Source: Cryomorphaceae bacterium (GTDB lineage Bacteria; Bacteroidota; Bacteroidia; Flavobacteriales_D; SKUL01). Taken from it: a DNA stretch of 64,000 bases. This document shows, piece after piece, positions 55,427-64,000 of this stretch; the stretch's first letter is position 1; each line of letters opens with the position of its first letter. Below the pieces are notes generated by a model, which did no database searches, had not been told where the DNA came from, and saw only the letters and a list, made by a program, of their open reading frames with translations. Location: positions 43,562-107,561 of the forward strand of contig REDV01000078.1 in the NCBI GenBank assembly GCA_007695365.1, in the 5' to 3' direction. The translations under genes were made by a program, and so were the position numbers.

Positions 55427-57712
55427 TCAATCCATCGCTTCAAAGGCAAACTCGGTGCGCCGGTTGCGGGCGTGTTCTTCCTCGGAGCAGGGCACATTGT
55501 TTTTGCAGTGATTGATCAGTCGCTGTTCCCCGAAACCGGTTGCTTTCAAGCGGTTTTGGGCAATTCCGGCCTCCCGCAAGTAGCGCAGCACCTCCCCGGC
55601 GCGTCGCTCCGAGAGTTTCAGGTTGTACGCGTCGGATGCGCGCGAATCCGTATGGCTCATCACGTGCACCTTGAGGTTGGGGTTTTTCTGAAGCAGCGCC
55701 ACAAGCCTGTTGAGCTGCTGCTTCGCCGCTTCGTTGAGCAGGTAGGCATCGAGGGCATAGTAGATATTGGAGATGGAGAATGCCTCTTTAGGAGCAATGC
55801 GCAATGTTCGGTCGTACTCATCGCGCACCGAGAGTACAGGCTCATTCGGACCAATGCGCTGATAAATGTAATCCATGTCTTTCCGGCCGAGTACTTTCAA
55901 CACATTACCATGTTCATCTACAATGGCAAGCTGAAGGTTGGGGTTGTCGGCCAGGAGCCTGAAAACATACTGATCGTCGGGAAAAAGATGCCTAAACAGC
56001 AACCGTCCGTTGCGCCGGGTAAAGGTTCGGGTTAGCACATTTCCGTTGGCATCGAGCAGCAAAACCTCTATTCGCTGGTTGAAATCTCCGGGCTCGTGCT
56101 CAAACACAAGAGCATGAATGTCAATACTCAGCAGGCTTACATCTTCAGCCTCAATCAGCTCAAGGTTGTCGTGATCATCGGGCGGCAGCAGTTCAAACTT
56201 AAAATCGCCGTGATCATTGGAAATGATTTTCTGCACTTTTTGCTGCTGGTCGTTTAGAAGATAAATGGAGAACAGCCTCATTTCCTGATTATTCAAGGCA
56301 TCAATACTCAGGGTATAAGGCACCCGGGAGTGCAGATAGGACAGTGAAAACTTACCAAACTGATTGGTGGTGGTTTCCTGAAGCACATTACCCCCTTCAT
56401 CCTTGAGATATAGCGTTGTGTGCGCCGATGGCTGCTTGTCGTATTCCAGAATTCCGCTCAACTCACGGTGTACATCCTTGTTGGCAATGCGTTCAAGCCC
56501 ATAGATATCGTCCCGGCCCTTGCCTCCTGGTCTATCGCTCGAAAAATAGGCTTTGTTCTCGTTCACAAAAGTGATGGAAAGGTCGTCCCAGGCACTGTTC
56601 ACCGGCATCCCCATGTTCTCGGGCTTGTTGTTAAGCGAATCGAGGTGCACGCGAAAGATATCCAGCCCACCGTAGCCCGGGTGCGCGTTGCTGGAAAAAT
56701 ACAGCCAGTCGTTATGAACATGCGGAAAAACCTCATCACCCTCGCTGTTAACGGCTGGGCCAAGGTTCACAGGGGTGCTCCAGCCTGAAGAAGTGAGGCG
56801 ACTGATGTAAAGGTCCATTCCTCCCCGCCCACCATCCATATCTGAACTGAACACAAGGGTGGAATCATTTTGAAGCGCCGGGTGGGCCACTGAGTGATAC
56901 CCGTCGGAAAAAGGCAACACTTTCGGCGGCGACCAACGATTGCCGTCGTAACGCGACACCAAAATGCGCATCGGGTTGCTTCGGTTGGGGGCAGTGCTCA
57001 TGCGTTCAACCCGCGTAAAATACACTTCCTGACTGGTTGAAGAAAAGCAGGCCGGACCGTCGTGGTAACGGGTGGTGAGTTCGCGGGCAAAGAGCTCAGG
57101 CGTCCAGAAGCTGGTTTGACGCTCATTACTGAAAGGCGCGTAATACAAGTTGGTGAAAGGGCGGTGCTCAATGGCAAACTCATCTTTGCCGGAGTCCTCC
57201 TTCCTTTCAGTGGTAAACACCAAACCGGCGTTGTGTACCACAGGTGAAAAGTCGGCATAGGGCGAGTTGATGCCGTGCAACGTAACGATTTCAAAACGGG
57301 GTTCTGCGGGCATGGCCTTGATGGCTTCGGACCAGGCAAGGAGACGGCGCGCACGGGCATGATCGGGGCTAGACACCAACAGCGCCTGCAAAATGGCGTC
57401 GGACCTGGAGTAGTCGCCCAACAAATAGTGCATTTCAGCGAGGTGAAAATGAAGGTCGGCATCCGCGTTGCCATTGCTGACCACCTTTTGGTAAAGTTGC
57501 ATCGCGTCTTCAAAGCGCTTTTCATGACGGTAACAATGTGCAAGGTACTCCATGGCTGAAACGTCGTCGGGATTGCGCTCCAGCACCTGTTCATACAAAC
57601 GTGCCGCCTGCGACCAGGCCTCGGCTTCGAACAGGCGGTTGGCCTTGTTCACCTGTGCACTCATAACCGTGGGAAGCATTACGAGCAAGAGGTATGTAAC
57701 AACTCGCAGCAT
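55427..57712 (-). CDS. OmpA-family outer-membrane/peptidoglycan-associated protein with N-terminal TPR and TolB-like beta-propeller region
   Basis: Signal peptide MLRVVTYLLLVMLPTVMSAQ. TPR-like helices. Repeated PFS..DG propeller-like segments. C-terminal OmpA domain (HTDSRASDAYNLKLSERRAGEVLRYL...RRTEFAF). Confidence 0.85.
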   Translation of the reverse strand: MLRVVTYLLLVMLPTVMSAQVNKANRLFEAEAWSQAARLYEQVLERNPDDVSAMEYLAHCYRHEKRFEDAMQLYQKVVSNGNADADLHFHLAEMHYLLGDYSRSDAILQALLVSSPDHARARRLLAWSEAIKAMPAEPRFEIVTLHGINSPYADFSPVVHNAGLVFTTERKEDSGKDEFAIEHRPFTNLYYAPFSNERQTSFWTPELFARELTTRYHDGPACFSSTSQEVYFTRVERMSTAPNRSNPMRILVSRYDGNRWSPPKVLPFSDGYHSVAHPALQNDSTLVFSSDMDGGRGGMDLYISRLTSSGWSTPVNLGPAVNSEGDEVFPHVHNDWLYFSSNAHPGYGGLDIFRVHLDSLNNKPENMGMPVNSAWDDLSITFVNENKAYFSSDRPGGKGRDDIYGLERIANKDVHRELSGILEYDKQPSAHTTLYLKDEGGNVLQETTTNQFGKFSLSYLHSRVPYTLSIDALNNQEMRLFSIYLLNDQQQKVQKIISNDHGDFKFELLPPDDHDNLELIEAEDVSLLSIDIHALVFEHEPGDFNQRIEVLLLDANGNVLTRTFTRRNGRLLFRHLFPDDQYVFRLLADNPNLQLAIVDEHGNVLKVLGRKDMDYIYQRIGPNEPVLSVRDEYDRTLRIAPKEAFSISNIYYALDAYLLNEAAKQQLNRLVALLQKNPNLKVHVMSHTDSRASDAYNLKLSERRAGEVLRYLREAGIAQNRLKATGFGEQRLINHCKNNVPCSEEEHARNRRTEFAFEAMD

Positions 57713-58620
57713 CAGAAATAGCGCGGGGATGAGAACCGCGATTTAAACACGTTAAACCGGTAGCTCAGGTAGAGCTCATGCGACCCGGCATGTTGGTTGC
57801 GCATGGGGTTGAGCGCAAAATCGTAGGCATAACCCACTTCGAGCTTATCCGTTGCCCTGAACTGAACCATGGCCAGCATTCCGTACTGGTGCCTGTAGCC
57901 TGCTCCAAGCCAGAAACGCTCCATGAAGAGCGCGTGCAGGTTAAGATCGAGTTGCACCGGAGCGTTTTCGGCATAGCGTACAAGGGCGTTGGGCTTGAGG
58001 GCCACTTTGTCCGAAAGCACAAAAAGATAGCCCCCTACAGCGGTGGCGTGCAGAAACTGGCGCGACTCCGAGAGTTCCACGTCTCTTATCCGCGCCTGTG
58101 CAAGATTGCTTACCTGTAGGCCGCCAAAGAACTTCTCGCCAGTAGCCAACACCGCAAAATCAAATACCGGCATCCAGTTGCTTTGTGAGCCTTGCCACTG
58201 AATGGGGTCATTTTCATCGCGGTATTCAATCTTATCAAAATCAAAGCGGTGATTTTCGGCTCCTGCCCGGAGCGCAAAGCTCAACCGCGATTTTTCGCGC
58301 AGGCGAATGCGATATGCGTAGGTTGCTGCCAATGAGGTAACATCTCGCGGACCAATGCGTTCATAATGCGCGTTAAGTCCCAGCGCCATGTTCTGGTTGC
58401 GCAGCGGGCTGTGCAACGCCAGGGCAAAGGTTTCGGGGGCACCGTTAAAGCCCACCCACTGCTTGCGCAGAATGGTTGACGCTGACAGCGCATCATGATG
58501 GCCCGCATAGGCCGCGTTAACGTATGCCAAATCGAAAAAGTAAAGGTTTTGCAAACCCTGCTGCTGAGCGGTTGCCTGCGCCAACCAACAACAACACCCT
58601 ATGAGCAGCAGCTTTTTCAT
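57712..58620 (-). CDS. PorP/SprF-family type IX secretion system membrane protein
   Basis: ATG 58620 gives MKKLLLIGCCCWLAQATAQQQ. LAYVNAAYAG and LRKQWVGFNGAPETF match the PorP/SprF pattern. ATGA overlap upstream and TGATG overlap downstream. Confidence 0.85.
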   Translation of the reverse strand: MKKLLLIGCCCWLAQATAQQQGLQNLYFFDLAYVNAAYAGHHDALSASTILRKQWVGFNGAPETFALALHSPLRNQNMALGLNAHYERIGPRDVTSLAATYAYRIRLREKSRLSFALRAGAENHRFDFDKIEYRDENDPIQWQGSQSNWMPVFDFAVLATGEKFFGGLQVSNLAQARIRDVELSESRQFLHATAVGGYLFVLSDKVALKPNALVRYAENAPVQLDLNLHALFMERFWLGAGYRHQYGMLAMVQFRATDKLEVGYAYDFALNPMRNQHAGSHELYLSYRFNVFKSRFSSPRYF

Positions 58621-59351
58621 CGTGTAAGTTCGATATATCCCTTGTAGGTTGTTCCGTTGATCTCTGCTACGTAGAAATAGGTGCCGTCGGGTAATTCCGC
58701 CTGTCGCTTGCCCTGCCCTTCCCAGCGCACCTGTTGGTTGTCGTAGTTTTTGCCTTTCCACACTTCTTCGCCCCAGCGATTAAAAACCCGCACCTCATTG
58801 TTGGCAAACCGTGGCAGGTGAATGTTTTCGATGTGCCAGTAGTCATTCTGGCCGTCGCCGTTGGGAGTGATACCTGAATAAAACTGAAGGTCGCAAGGCG
58901 TTTCGTCTTCCAGTCCGATGAAAAATGTTACCGTGGATTGACAGGCTCCGGTGCTTACGCTTACAGAGTGTTCGCCTGTTTCAAAACCTGCGGCCGACAT
59001 ACCGGTTGATCCATTGCTCCACAGGATGTTATAAGGTGGCTCACATCCTGAAATGGATGGAATAAGGGCGGAGCCATCCCGCGCACCCGCACAGGATTCA
59101 GGTTCGGTGAGTACTTCAAAAACAAGAATATTCTTGGTTAGTGGCTGTTGAAATCCTTGTGTCCAGGCCTCGTTGGCAGACTGCCCGGTTGCAATCACAG
59201 CCTCGCCCGCAGTGGACGATATCTCGTGCTGGCCCCCGCTGTAAAAGGCTCCGGTTGGGCCCACCACCTGTCGATCAACAATCACCGACTGGGCCTGCAA
59301 AGCTGTTATGCCCGAAATCAACAACGCTATGGACAACAGTTGCCTCATCAT
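58617..59351 (-). CDS. Small secreted protein with one SprB-type repeat and a T9SS type B (gliding-motility-associated) C-terminal domain
   Basis: Signal peptide MMRQLLSIALLISGITALQAQ. SprB-like repeat CAGARDGSALIPSISGCEPPYNILWSNGSTG. Type B CTD ITPNGDGQNDYWHIENI...FNRWGEEVW...GTYFYV. Confidence 0.8.
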   Translation of the reverse strand: MMRQLLSIALLISGITALQAQSVIVDRQVVGPTGAFYSGGQHEISSTAGEAVIATGQSANEAWTQGFQQPLTKNILVFEVLTEPESCAGARDGSALIPSISGCEPPYNILWSNGSTGMSAAGFETGEHSVSVSTGACQSTVTFFIGLEDETPCDLQFYSGITPNGDGQNDYWHIENIHLPRFANNEVRVFNRWGEEVWKGKNYDNQQVRWEGQGKRQAELPDGTYFYVAEINGTTYKGYIELTR

Positions 59352-60313
59352 TCTGACATCACGAACCAACCGGCGCTTCCTGCGCTAACCAACATTCGGG
59401 TTTCCAGTGCAGTGAGGTTGTTGAGTGGTATGCTGAAATTACTTCCGTCGATGAGGTCGCCGGGTGAAGGTGCAATTTCCAACGTGTTGGTGGTATTGAA
59501 AGACTTAAATCGTTTAACGTAGTAAATTCTGCCCTCGCAGCTTGAAGCTGGCGGCAAAATCACCACGCCCGGAGTAAGGCTCACGTCCACCACCAACATA
59601 TGGTCTTCATCGGTAAGCTCTATGGGGCTCAGGCCCGCATTTTCTATACGAATGGTTCCTGCCACAGAACCCTTCGTGTGCAAGTTACTATGCGGTTCAT
59701 CGGTACCAATTCCGATGTTTGCCTCCGTGTTGAACACCGTACCGGAACCAACTTGCCAAGGACCAAAATTGGCCAAACCGGCGAGGTTGATTACATGGGT
59801 AATCCCTCCTTCTGATATCACCAACAAGGTGTCATCCAGGAAAGTGCCGTCGGGGTCGATCAACTCGTTGGTAGGATCCGGATCATCGTCGTCCACATCT
59901 ACCGCGGTGGCCGCAAGGTCTGCAAACAGCGCGTAAGGCACCGACACAAACTGTGTGTTGGAAACCGCTTCAAAACCTTCTCCAAGATCCATCTCAACTT
60001 CAAGCCAGCGCGTTCCATCGCCCCAGTTTATGGCTTCAAAAGACCCTGTCATCACCGATCCGCCACCAATTACAAGGTTCACCAAACCAAAGGCATTGGT
60101 TTCTGCTTCATGCATTTCCTGGTAGAGAATCGCTCCGTTCGGGCCAGCGTCGCGCACCTTGAAAACCACGTCAACCTGCTGGTTGATAAGCTCTCCTCCG
60201 CTTTGCGCGTCTCGCGCTACCGCTTGGTAATGAATTTGTTCTGGGCTTTGGGCTATGGCTCCTATCGGCAGTGCGAGCCACCCCAACAATATCCAGCCTG
60301 CGAATCGTTTCAT
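59348..60313 (-). CDS. Hypothetical secreted protein (321 aa), tail-fibre-like; no T9SS CTD recognised
   Basis: Signal peptide MKRFAGWILLGWLALPIGAIAQ. N-terminal IHYQAVARD...NAFGLVNLVIGGG...VSVPYALFA module. Asp-rich linker VDVDDDDPDPTNE. NIGIGTDEPHSNLHTKG resembles the (V/N)GIGT..P...LH motif of fibre-like surface proteins, from recollection. Confidence 0.6.
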   Translation of the reverse strand: MKRFAGWILLGWLALPIGAIAQSPEQIHYQAVARDAQSGGELINQQVDVVFKVRDAGPNGAILYQEMHEAETNAFGLVNLVIGGGSVMTGSFEAINWGDGTRWLEVEMDLGEGFEAVSNTQFVSVPYALFADLAATAVDVDDDDPDPTNELIDPDGTFLDDTLLVISEGGITHVINLAGLANFGPWQVGSGTVFNTEANIGIGTDEPHSNLHTKGSVAGTIRIENAGLSPIELTDEDHMLVVDVSLTPGVVILPPASSCEGRIYYVKRFKSFNTTNTLEIAPSPGDLIDGSNFSIPLNNLTALETRMLVSAGSAGWFVMSE

Positions 60314-60335
60314 GGGCTTGGGTTTGGTTCGGTGA

Positions 60336-60351
60336 AATTTCGTTCGAAATT
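60336..60351. promoter_or_regulatory. 16-bp palindrome AATTTCG-TT-CGAAATT upstream of the T9SS cassette
   Basis: Perfect 7-bp arms with a 2-nt spacer, 23-38 nt upstream of ATG 60313. The spacer is too short for an RNA hairpin, so a protein-binding site is more likely. Confidence 0.3.
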
Positions 60352-60539
60352 AAACATTCCGCTTACTGATAACGGTAAACGCAACTGAGCCTGCCCTTTT
60401 CAGCGAAAAAATAAAAGACCTACACCGGAGTCGTAACGACCTGTTTTTGAACGGCAAGAACAAACATGTGCTCATCTTCACTAACAGCCGACTGTAAATA
60501 ACTCGGCTTTCAACTCCTGTTAACCGGCGATAAGCCTTG

Positions 60540-61964
60540 TTAAACCATAGAAAGCCTCACCATGTTCGTCATACCTTTCTCGGCAATAGGCATGCTTGCG
60601 GTGTTTACGATAAAGTCGCCATTTTTGAGTTCTTTGGCATCCACCAAAATATTCTTGACATCTTCCATGGTTGCATCGGTGCTTTCCATTCGGTTGTAGA
60701 AGTATGATTTTACGCCCCACACCAGCGATAATTGATTCAAAATAGCATGATTACCGGTAAAAACAAAGGTTTGTGCCCGTGGGCGCTGGCTCGATATTTT
60801 AAAGGCCGTATATCCCGAAAAAGTGAGCGTGGCTATGCCGGCCGCTGCCACACGATGCGCCAATCGGCAAGCATTATAGCATATTGAGTCGGTTACAAAT
60901 CGCTCTTGTTTGGATGGTGCGGGTGGATGTTCGTGGTGATATATAGATTCACTTTGTTCTACCTCCATCACAATTTTTCGCATGGCCTCAATCACTGCAA
61001 TAGGGTGCTTACCCACAGAGGTTTCTCCGCTGAGCATCACAGCATCTGCTCCATCCAGCACCGCATTGGCAACGTCGTTCACCTCGGCCCGGGTGGGTGT
61101 GATGTTTTCAATCATGCTCTCCATCATCTGCGTGGCGATGATAACCGGTTTAGCGTGTTTCAGGGCTTTCTTAACCAGCATTTTCTGAATCAAAGGGACA
61201 TTTTGCATCGGAATTTCCACACCGAGGTCTCCCCGGGCAACCATGATAGCGTCTGTTTCCTTGATAATGGCGTCAATCTCTCTAATGGCCTCAGGTTTTT
61301 CAATTTTGGCCACCACTTTTGCGTGCGAATTTTTCTGCTTGATGTGCTGTTTGAGTTCCACAATGTCGCGTGAACTGCGAACAAAAGAAAGCCCGATCCA
61401 ATCGAGGTTGTGGGAAAGAGCAAACTCAAGGTCTTCGCGGTCTTTGGGCGTTAATGACGGGAGAGAAACCTTGGTATTCGGCAGGTTTACTCCCTTGTTG
61501 GAGCTCAGCACGCCGCCCTGAATCACCTTGCATTTAACTTCCTCCTTGCCATCGGTTTCGAGCACTTCAAGGTGCAGCTTACCATCGTCGAGCAAAATGC
61601 GCTCCCCCTGTTTCACGTCTGAGGGAAACTGAAGGTAATTGATGCTGAACCTCGTTGCCGTTCCGGTTGCCTCGGTTGTTGTGATGGTCACCTCTTCACC
61701 TTGAACAAGCATCACTCCCTTGGCATCCATTTTTCCGGTGCGCAGCTTAGGGCCTTGAAGGTCTGCAAGGATGGCGATGGAAAGGCCTTTTTCCTTGCGG
61801 AGATCCTTCACCAATTCGATGGTTCGTGCGGCTTCCTCGTGCCCCCCATGTGAAAAGTTGATGCGGCACACATTCAGTCCTTCATCAAACATTCGGCTAA
61901 GGGTTTCACGGTTGGCCGATGCTGGGCCCAGGGTAGCTACTATTTTGGTCTTTTTGTGGTGCAT
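60540..61964 (-). CDS. pyk: Pyruvate kinase
   Basis: KTKIVATLGPAS, RINFSHG, MVARGDLGVEIP and ATQMMESM. 474 aa. Confidence 0.96.
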   Translation of the reverse strand: MHHKKTKIVATLGPASANRETLSRMFDEGLNVCRINFSHGGHEEAARTIELVKDLRKEKGLSIAILADLQGPKLRTGKMDAKGVMLVQGEEVTITTTEATGTATRFSINYLQFPSDVKQGERILLDDGKLHLEVLETDGKEEVKCKVIQGGVLSSNKGVNLPNTKVSLPSLTPKDREDLEFALSHNLDWIGLSFVRSSRDIVELKQHIKQKNSHAKVVAKIEKPEAIREIDAIIKETDAIMVARGDLGVEIPMQNVPLIQKMLVKKALKHAKPVIIATQMMESMIENITPTRAEVNDVANAVLDGADAVMLSGETSVGKHPIAVIEAMRKIVMEVEQSESIYHHEHPPAPSKQERFVTDSICYNACRLAHRVAAAGIATLTFSGYTAFKISSQRPRAQTFVFTGNHAILNQLSLVWGVKSYFYNRMESTDATMEDVKNILVDAKELKNGDFIVNTASMPIAEKGMTNMVRLSMV

Positions 61965-61965
61965 A

Positions 61966-62373
61966 TTATTCGTTTATCAGTAACAACTCCCTTGATTTAA
62001 GGCTGGCTGGGTCAATTTCAAAAGCCATCAAAACATGGGGGTTGCTCCGGAGTATTTCAATCAGGTCATCCATTTCCCAGCGCGCATTATCCTGTATCAT
62101 CAACAGATAGTCTGCCTGCCGTTGCTCAGGAATCAGGTAACCTTCGTCCGAGCGATTAACAAAGAGCTGCACCGTGGTACGGGTGTCCTGGCAATAGGAT
62201 CTGAAAACGGGGAATTCCGCAAGGCCATTGTTGGCTCCTTCTTCAGCGCGTTCCATATTGAGCTCCAGCAGCTGGTTTACTGTCCAACAAAGCCTGTAAT
62301 CGCGCAGGTGGCAACTTATTCCCACGAGGTCAAAATCAAAATCAAAGTCGTATTCAAGTACGTGTTTGGTCAC
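61966..62373 (-). CDS. IPExxxVDY-family protein
   Basis: GTG start. LVGISCHLRDYRLCWTVNQLL and IPEQRQADYLLMI match the recalled family signature. Usual position between rnc and pyk. Confidence 0.7.
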   Translation of the reverse strand: MTKHVLEYDFDFDFDLVGISCHLRDYRLCWTVNQLLELNMERAEEGANNGLAEFPVFRSYCQDTRTTVQLFVNRSDEGYLIPEQRQADYLLMIQDNARWEMDDLIEILRSNPHVLMAFEIDPASLKSRELLLINE

Positions 62374-62402
62374 GTTTTCAGCAGGTTTTTGACCGAGCCA
62401 AA

Positions 62403-63155
62403 TTACTCAGAGGCCTTCGCACCACCAAGCTTTTGGGCATTAAGGTTTGTTAACCCTTTTCGGGCTGCCATTTGATCGGCGGCTTTCTTGGACGCCCCAG
62501 AACCTTTTGAAAGTGGTACTCCGTTCCATAACACGGTGGTTTCGAAACGCGGCCGTCCATCTTCGATGAATTCGCGTGCTTCAAACTGTAACCCGGCACG
62601 GTGCCGGTGTGCTTTTTCGTAAAGCGAGCTTTTGGCGTCTGTGAGCTTAGACTGCAAGCGGTTCATATCTATCTTCGGGATGATCATTTTGAGCACCCAG
62701 GCGCTGGTGTATTCATAGCCCCGGTCTTTGAAAACGGCGCCAATCAGTGCCTCCAGTGCATTTCCGCCTATCACATGCATGGCTTGCCTGTTTCGCACAC
62801 GGGCCTGAATAAAGGGCTCAAGTCCCAGTTCACGAGCCAGTAGGTTGAGCCGTTTTCGGTTCACAATACCACTTTTGATTTTGCTCAGATAGCCCTCAGG
62901 CTTTTCGTTGAAGCGGTCGTACACCCAATCGGCAATGATGGCATCAAGCACAGCGTCGCCAATAAACTCAAGCCTTTCATTGTGCCCTCCCTGACGAGAT
63001 GCCTTGGTTTTGTGCACAAAAGCCAGCTCATACCAGCTCATATCCACAGGCTCTATGAGGAGTTCGCGGTGTAAAAAAGTGAAAAGAGAGGTGGAAATGG
63101 GTTGCCGCCTTTTAGCCGGCCTTTTAAGCCAACGCGGTAACCTTCTCCAAACCAA
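62403..63155 (-). CDS. rnc: Ribonuclease III
   Basis: Signature NERLEFIGDAVLD. C-terminal dsRBD (...GSGASKKAADQMAARKGL). TTG start immediately after the fabF stop. Confidence 0.92.
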   Translation of the reverse strand: MVWRRLPRWLKRPAKRRQPISTSLFTFLHRELLIEPVDMSWYELAFVHKTKASRQGGHNERLEFIGDAVLDAIIADWVYDRFNEKPEGYLSKIKSGIVNRKRLNLLARELGLEPFIQARVRNRQAMHVIGGNALEALIGAVFKDRGYEYTSAWVLKMIIPKIDMNRLQSKLTDAKSSLYEKAHRHRAGLQFEAREFIEDGRPRFETTVLWNGVPLSKGSGASKKAADQMAARKGLTNLNAQKLGGAKASE

Positions 63156-64000
63156 TTAACGATACTTTTTGAAAATCACGGAAGTATTGTGGCCTCCAAA
63201 ACCAAAGGTATTACTCAAACCGGCACGCACTTCGCGTTGTTGCGCTTTGTTGAGTGTAAGGTTGATACGACCGTCGATTTCGGGGTCGGGGTGCTCATGG
63301 TTAATAGTGGGCGGAATCAAATCGTTTTTCACCGCCAGCAAAGTAGCTATGGCCTCAATGGCCCCGGCCGCGCCGAGCAAATGGCCCGTCATGGATTTGG
63401 TAGAACTCACATTGAGTTGGTAGGCATGTTCGCCAAACAGTGTGGTAATCGCTTTGAGCTCGGCTACATCACCAAGGGGCGTAGACGTGCCATGAACATT
63501 CACGTAATCAATGTCCTCTGGCTTCATTCCAGCATCTTCCAGAGCCATGTTCATCACCAGGTTTGCCCCCAGCCCATCCGGATGAGGAGCGGTCATGTGA
63601 TATGCATCGGCTGACAGGCCACCCCCGGCCACTTCGGCGTAAATAGTGGCTCCGCGTTTTACAGCGTGCTCGTACTCCTCCAGCACCAGGGCAGCTGCAC
63701 CCTCGCCCAGCACAAAACCGTCGCGGGTAGCATCAAAGGGCCGTGAAGCTGTTTCAGGTGAGTCATTGCGCACCGACAGCGCTTTCAGGGCGTTAAAACC
63801 ACCCATGCCTGACTCATTCACAGCCGCCTCGGAGCCTCCGGTTATAATTACATCGGCTTTTCCAAGCCGGATGTAGTTGAATGCGTCGAGGATGGCATTG
63901 GTTGATGATGCACAAGCTGAGACTGTTGTAAAATTCGGACCGCGGTATCCGTTGCGAATGGAAATATGACCCGACGCGATATCGGCAATCATCTTTGGAA
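63156..64000 (-). CDS. fabF: Beta-ketoacyl-ACP synthase II, C-terminal ~280 aa; 5' end lies outside the window
   Basis: Active-site Cys region VSACASS. HGTSTPLGD and GHLLGAAG. C-terminal NTFGFGGHNTSVIFKK. Frame is open to the window edge. Confidence 0.95.
   Translation of the reverse strand, partial: PKMIADIASGHISIRNGYRGPNFTTVSACASSTNAILDAFNYIRLGKADVIITGGSEAAVNESGMGGFNALKALSVRNDSPETASRPFDATRDGFVLGEGAAALVLEEYEHAVKRGATIYAEVAGGGLSADAYHMTAPHPDGLGANLVMNMALEDAGMKPEDIDYVNVHGTSTPLGDVAELKAITTLFGEHAYQLNVSSTKSMTGHLLGAAGAIEAIATLLAVKNDLIPPTINHEHPDPEIDGRINLTLNKAQQREVRAGLSNTFGFGGHNTSVIFKKYR

Noticed and set aside
58621-58761. N-terminal extensions of track ORFs
   Set aside because: This one extends PorP/SprF. 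Others are at 12421-12486 (mscL), 38373-38561 (134-aa ORF), 41221-41292 (isomerase), 43973-44101 (FkbM), 5728-5754 (protease) and 37163-37237 (lipoprotein). The extensions start at GTG or TTG, or overlap the upstream gene or a promoter box. They also bury an otherwise canonical signal peptide or N-terminus, so the internal ATG was chosen.
60340-60351. GTTCGAAAT resembling a tRNA T-loop
   Set aside because: There are no flanking acceptor, D or anticodon arms. The sequence is one half of the 16-bp palindrome described above.
1-64000. Defence island, prophage, integrative element or secondary-metabolite cluster
   Set aside because: I recognised no integrase, transposase, phage structural gene, restriction-modification, toxin-antitoxin, Cas, reverse transcriptase, NRPS/PKS or similar gene. 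Gene content and spacing look like core chromosome.

Overview
Dense chromosomal segment of a Bacteroidota genome. The phylum call rests on T9SS type A and type B C-terminal sorting domains, gldH, PorP/SprF and TAnnTTTG -7 promoter boxes. I call about 56 protein genes, mostly housekeeping. They include aspS (partial), a mitochondrial-type SQR, polA, mscL, an MltD-like transglycosylase, kdsB, dprA, pgk and holB. They also include PSP1-gldH-PBP1A, scoA/scoB, lipB, lysS, a sufA-B-C-D-S-E-T-DUF2480 cluster, two TonB-dependent receptors, 3-hydroxyanthranilate dioxygenase, pyk, rnc and fabF (partial). By eye I found no rRNA, tRNA, CRISPR array, transposase, integrase, prophage or recognisable defence gene. 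The ORF track prints GTG and TTG starts as M (checked at 5728, 12421, 3236 and 36626). Several track ORFs are therefore 5'-extended, and I re-set those starts using signal peptides, ATGA/TGATG overlaps and promoter boxes. I did not find a clear-cut new multi-gene system. The best candidates for a second look, in order: (1) a 1.2-kb ORF-free island at 15629-16836 filled with nested-palindrome REPIN/MITE-like elements that show compensatory stem substitutions; (2) a four-gene translationally coupled T9SS surface cassette at 55427-60313 led by an uncharacterised fibre-like protein; (3) a GT-C-like membrane protein inserted between scoA and scoB; (4) a 4-Cys insertion in the PBP1A linker; (5) DUF2480 as the last gene of the suf cluster. 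Function calls come from motif recognition and recalled family features, not from database searches.
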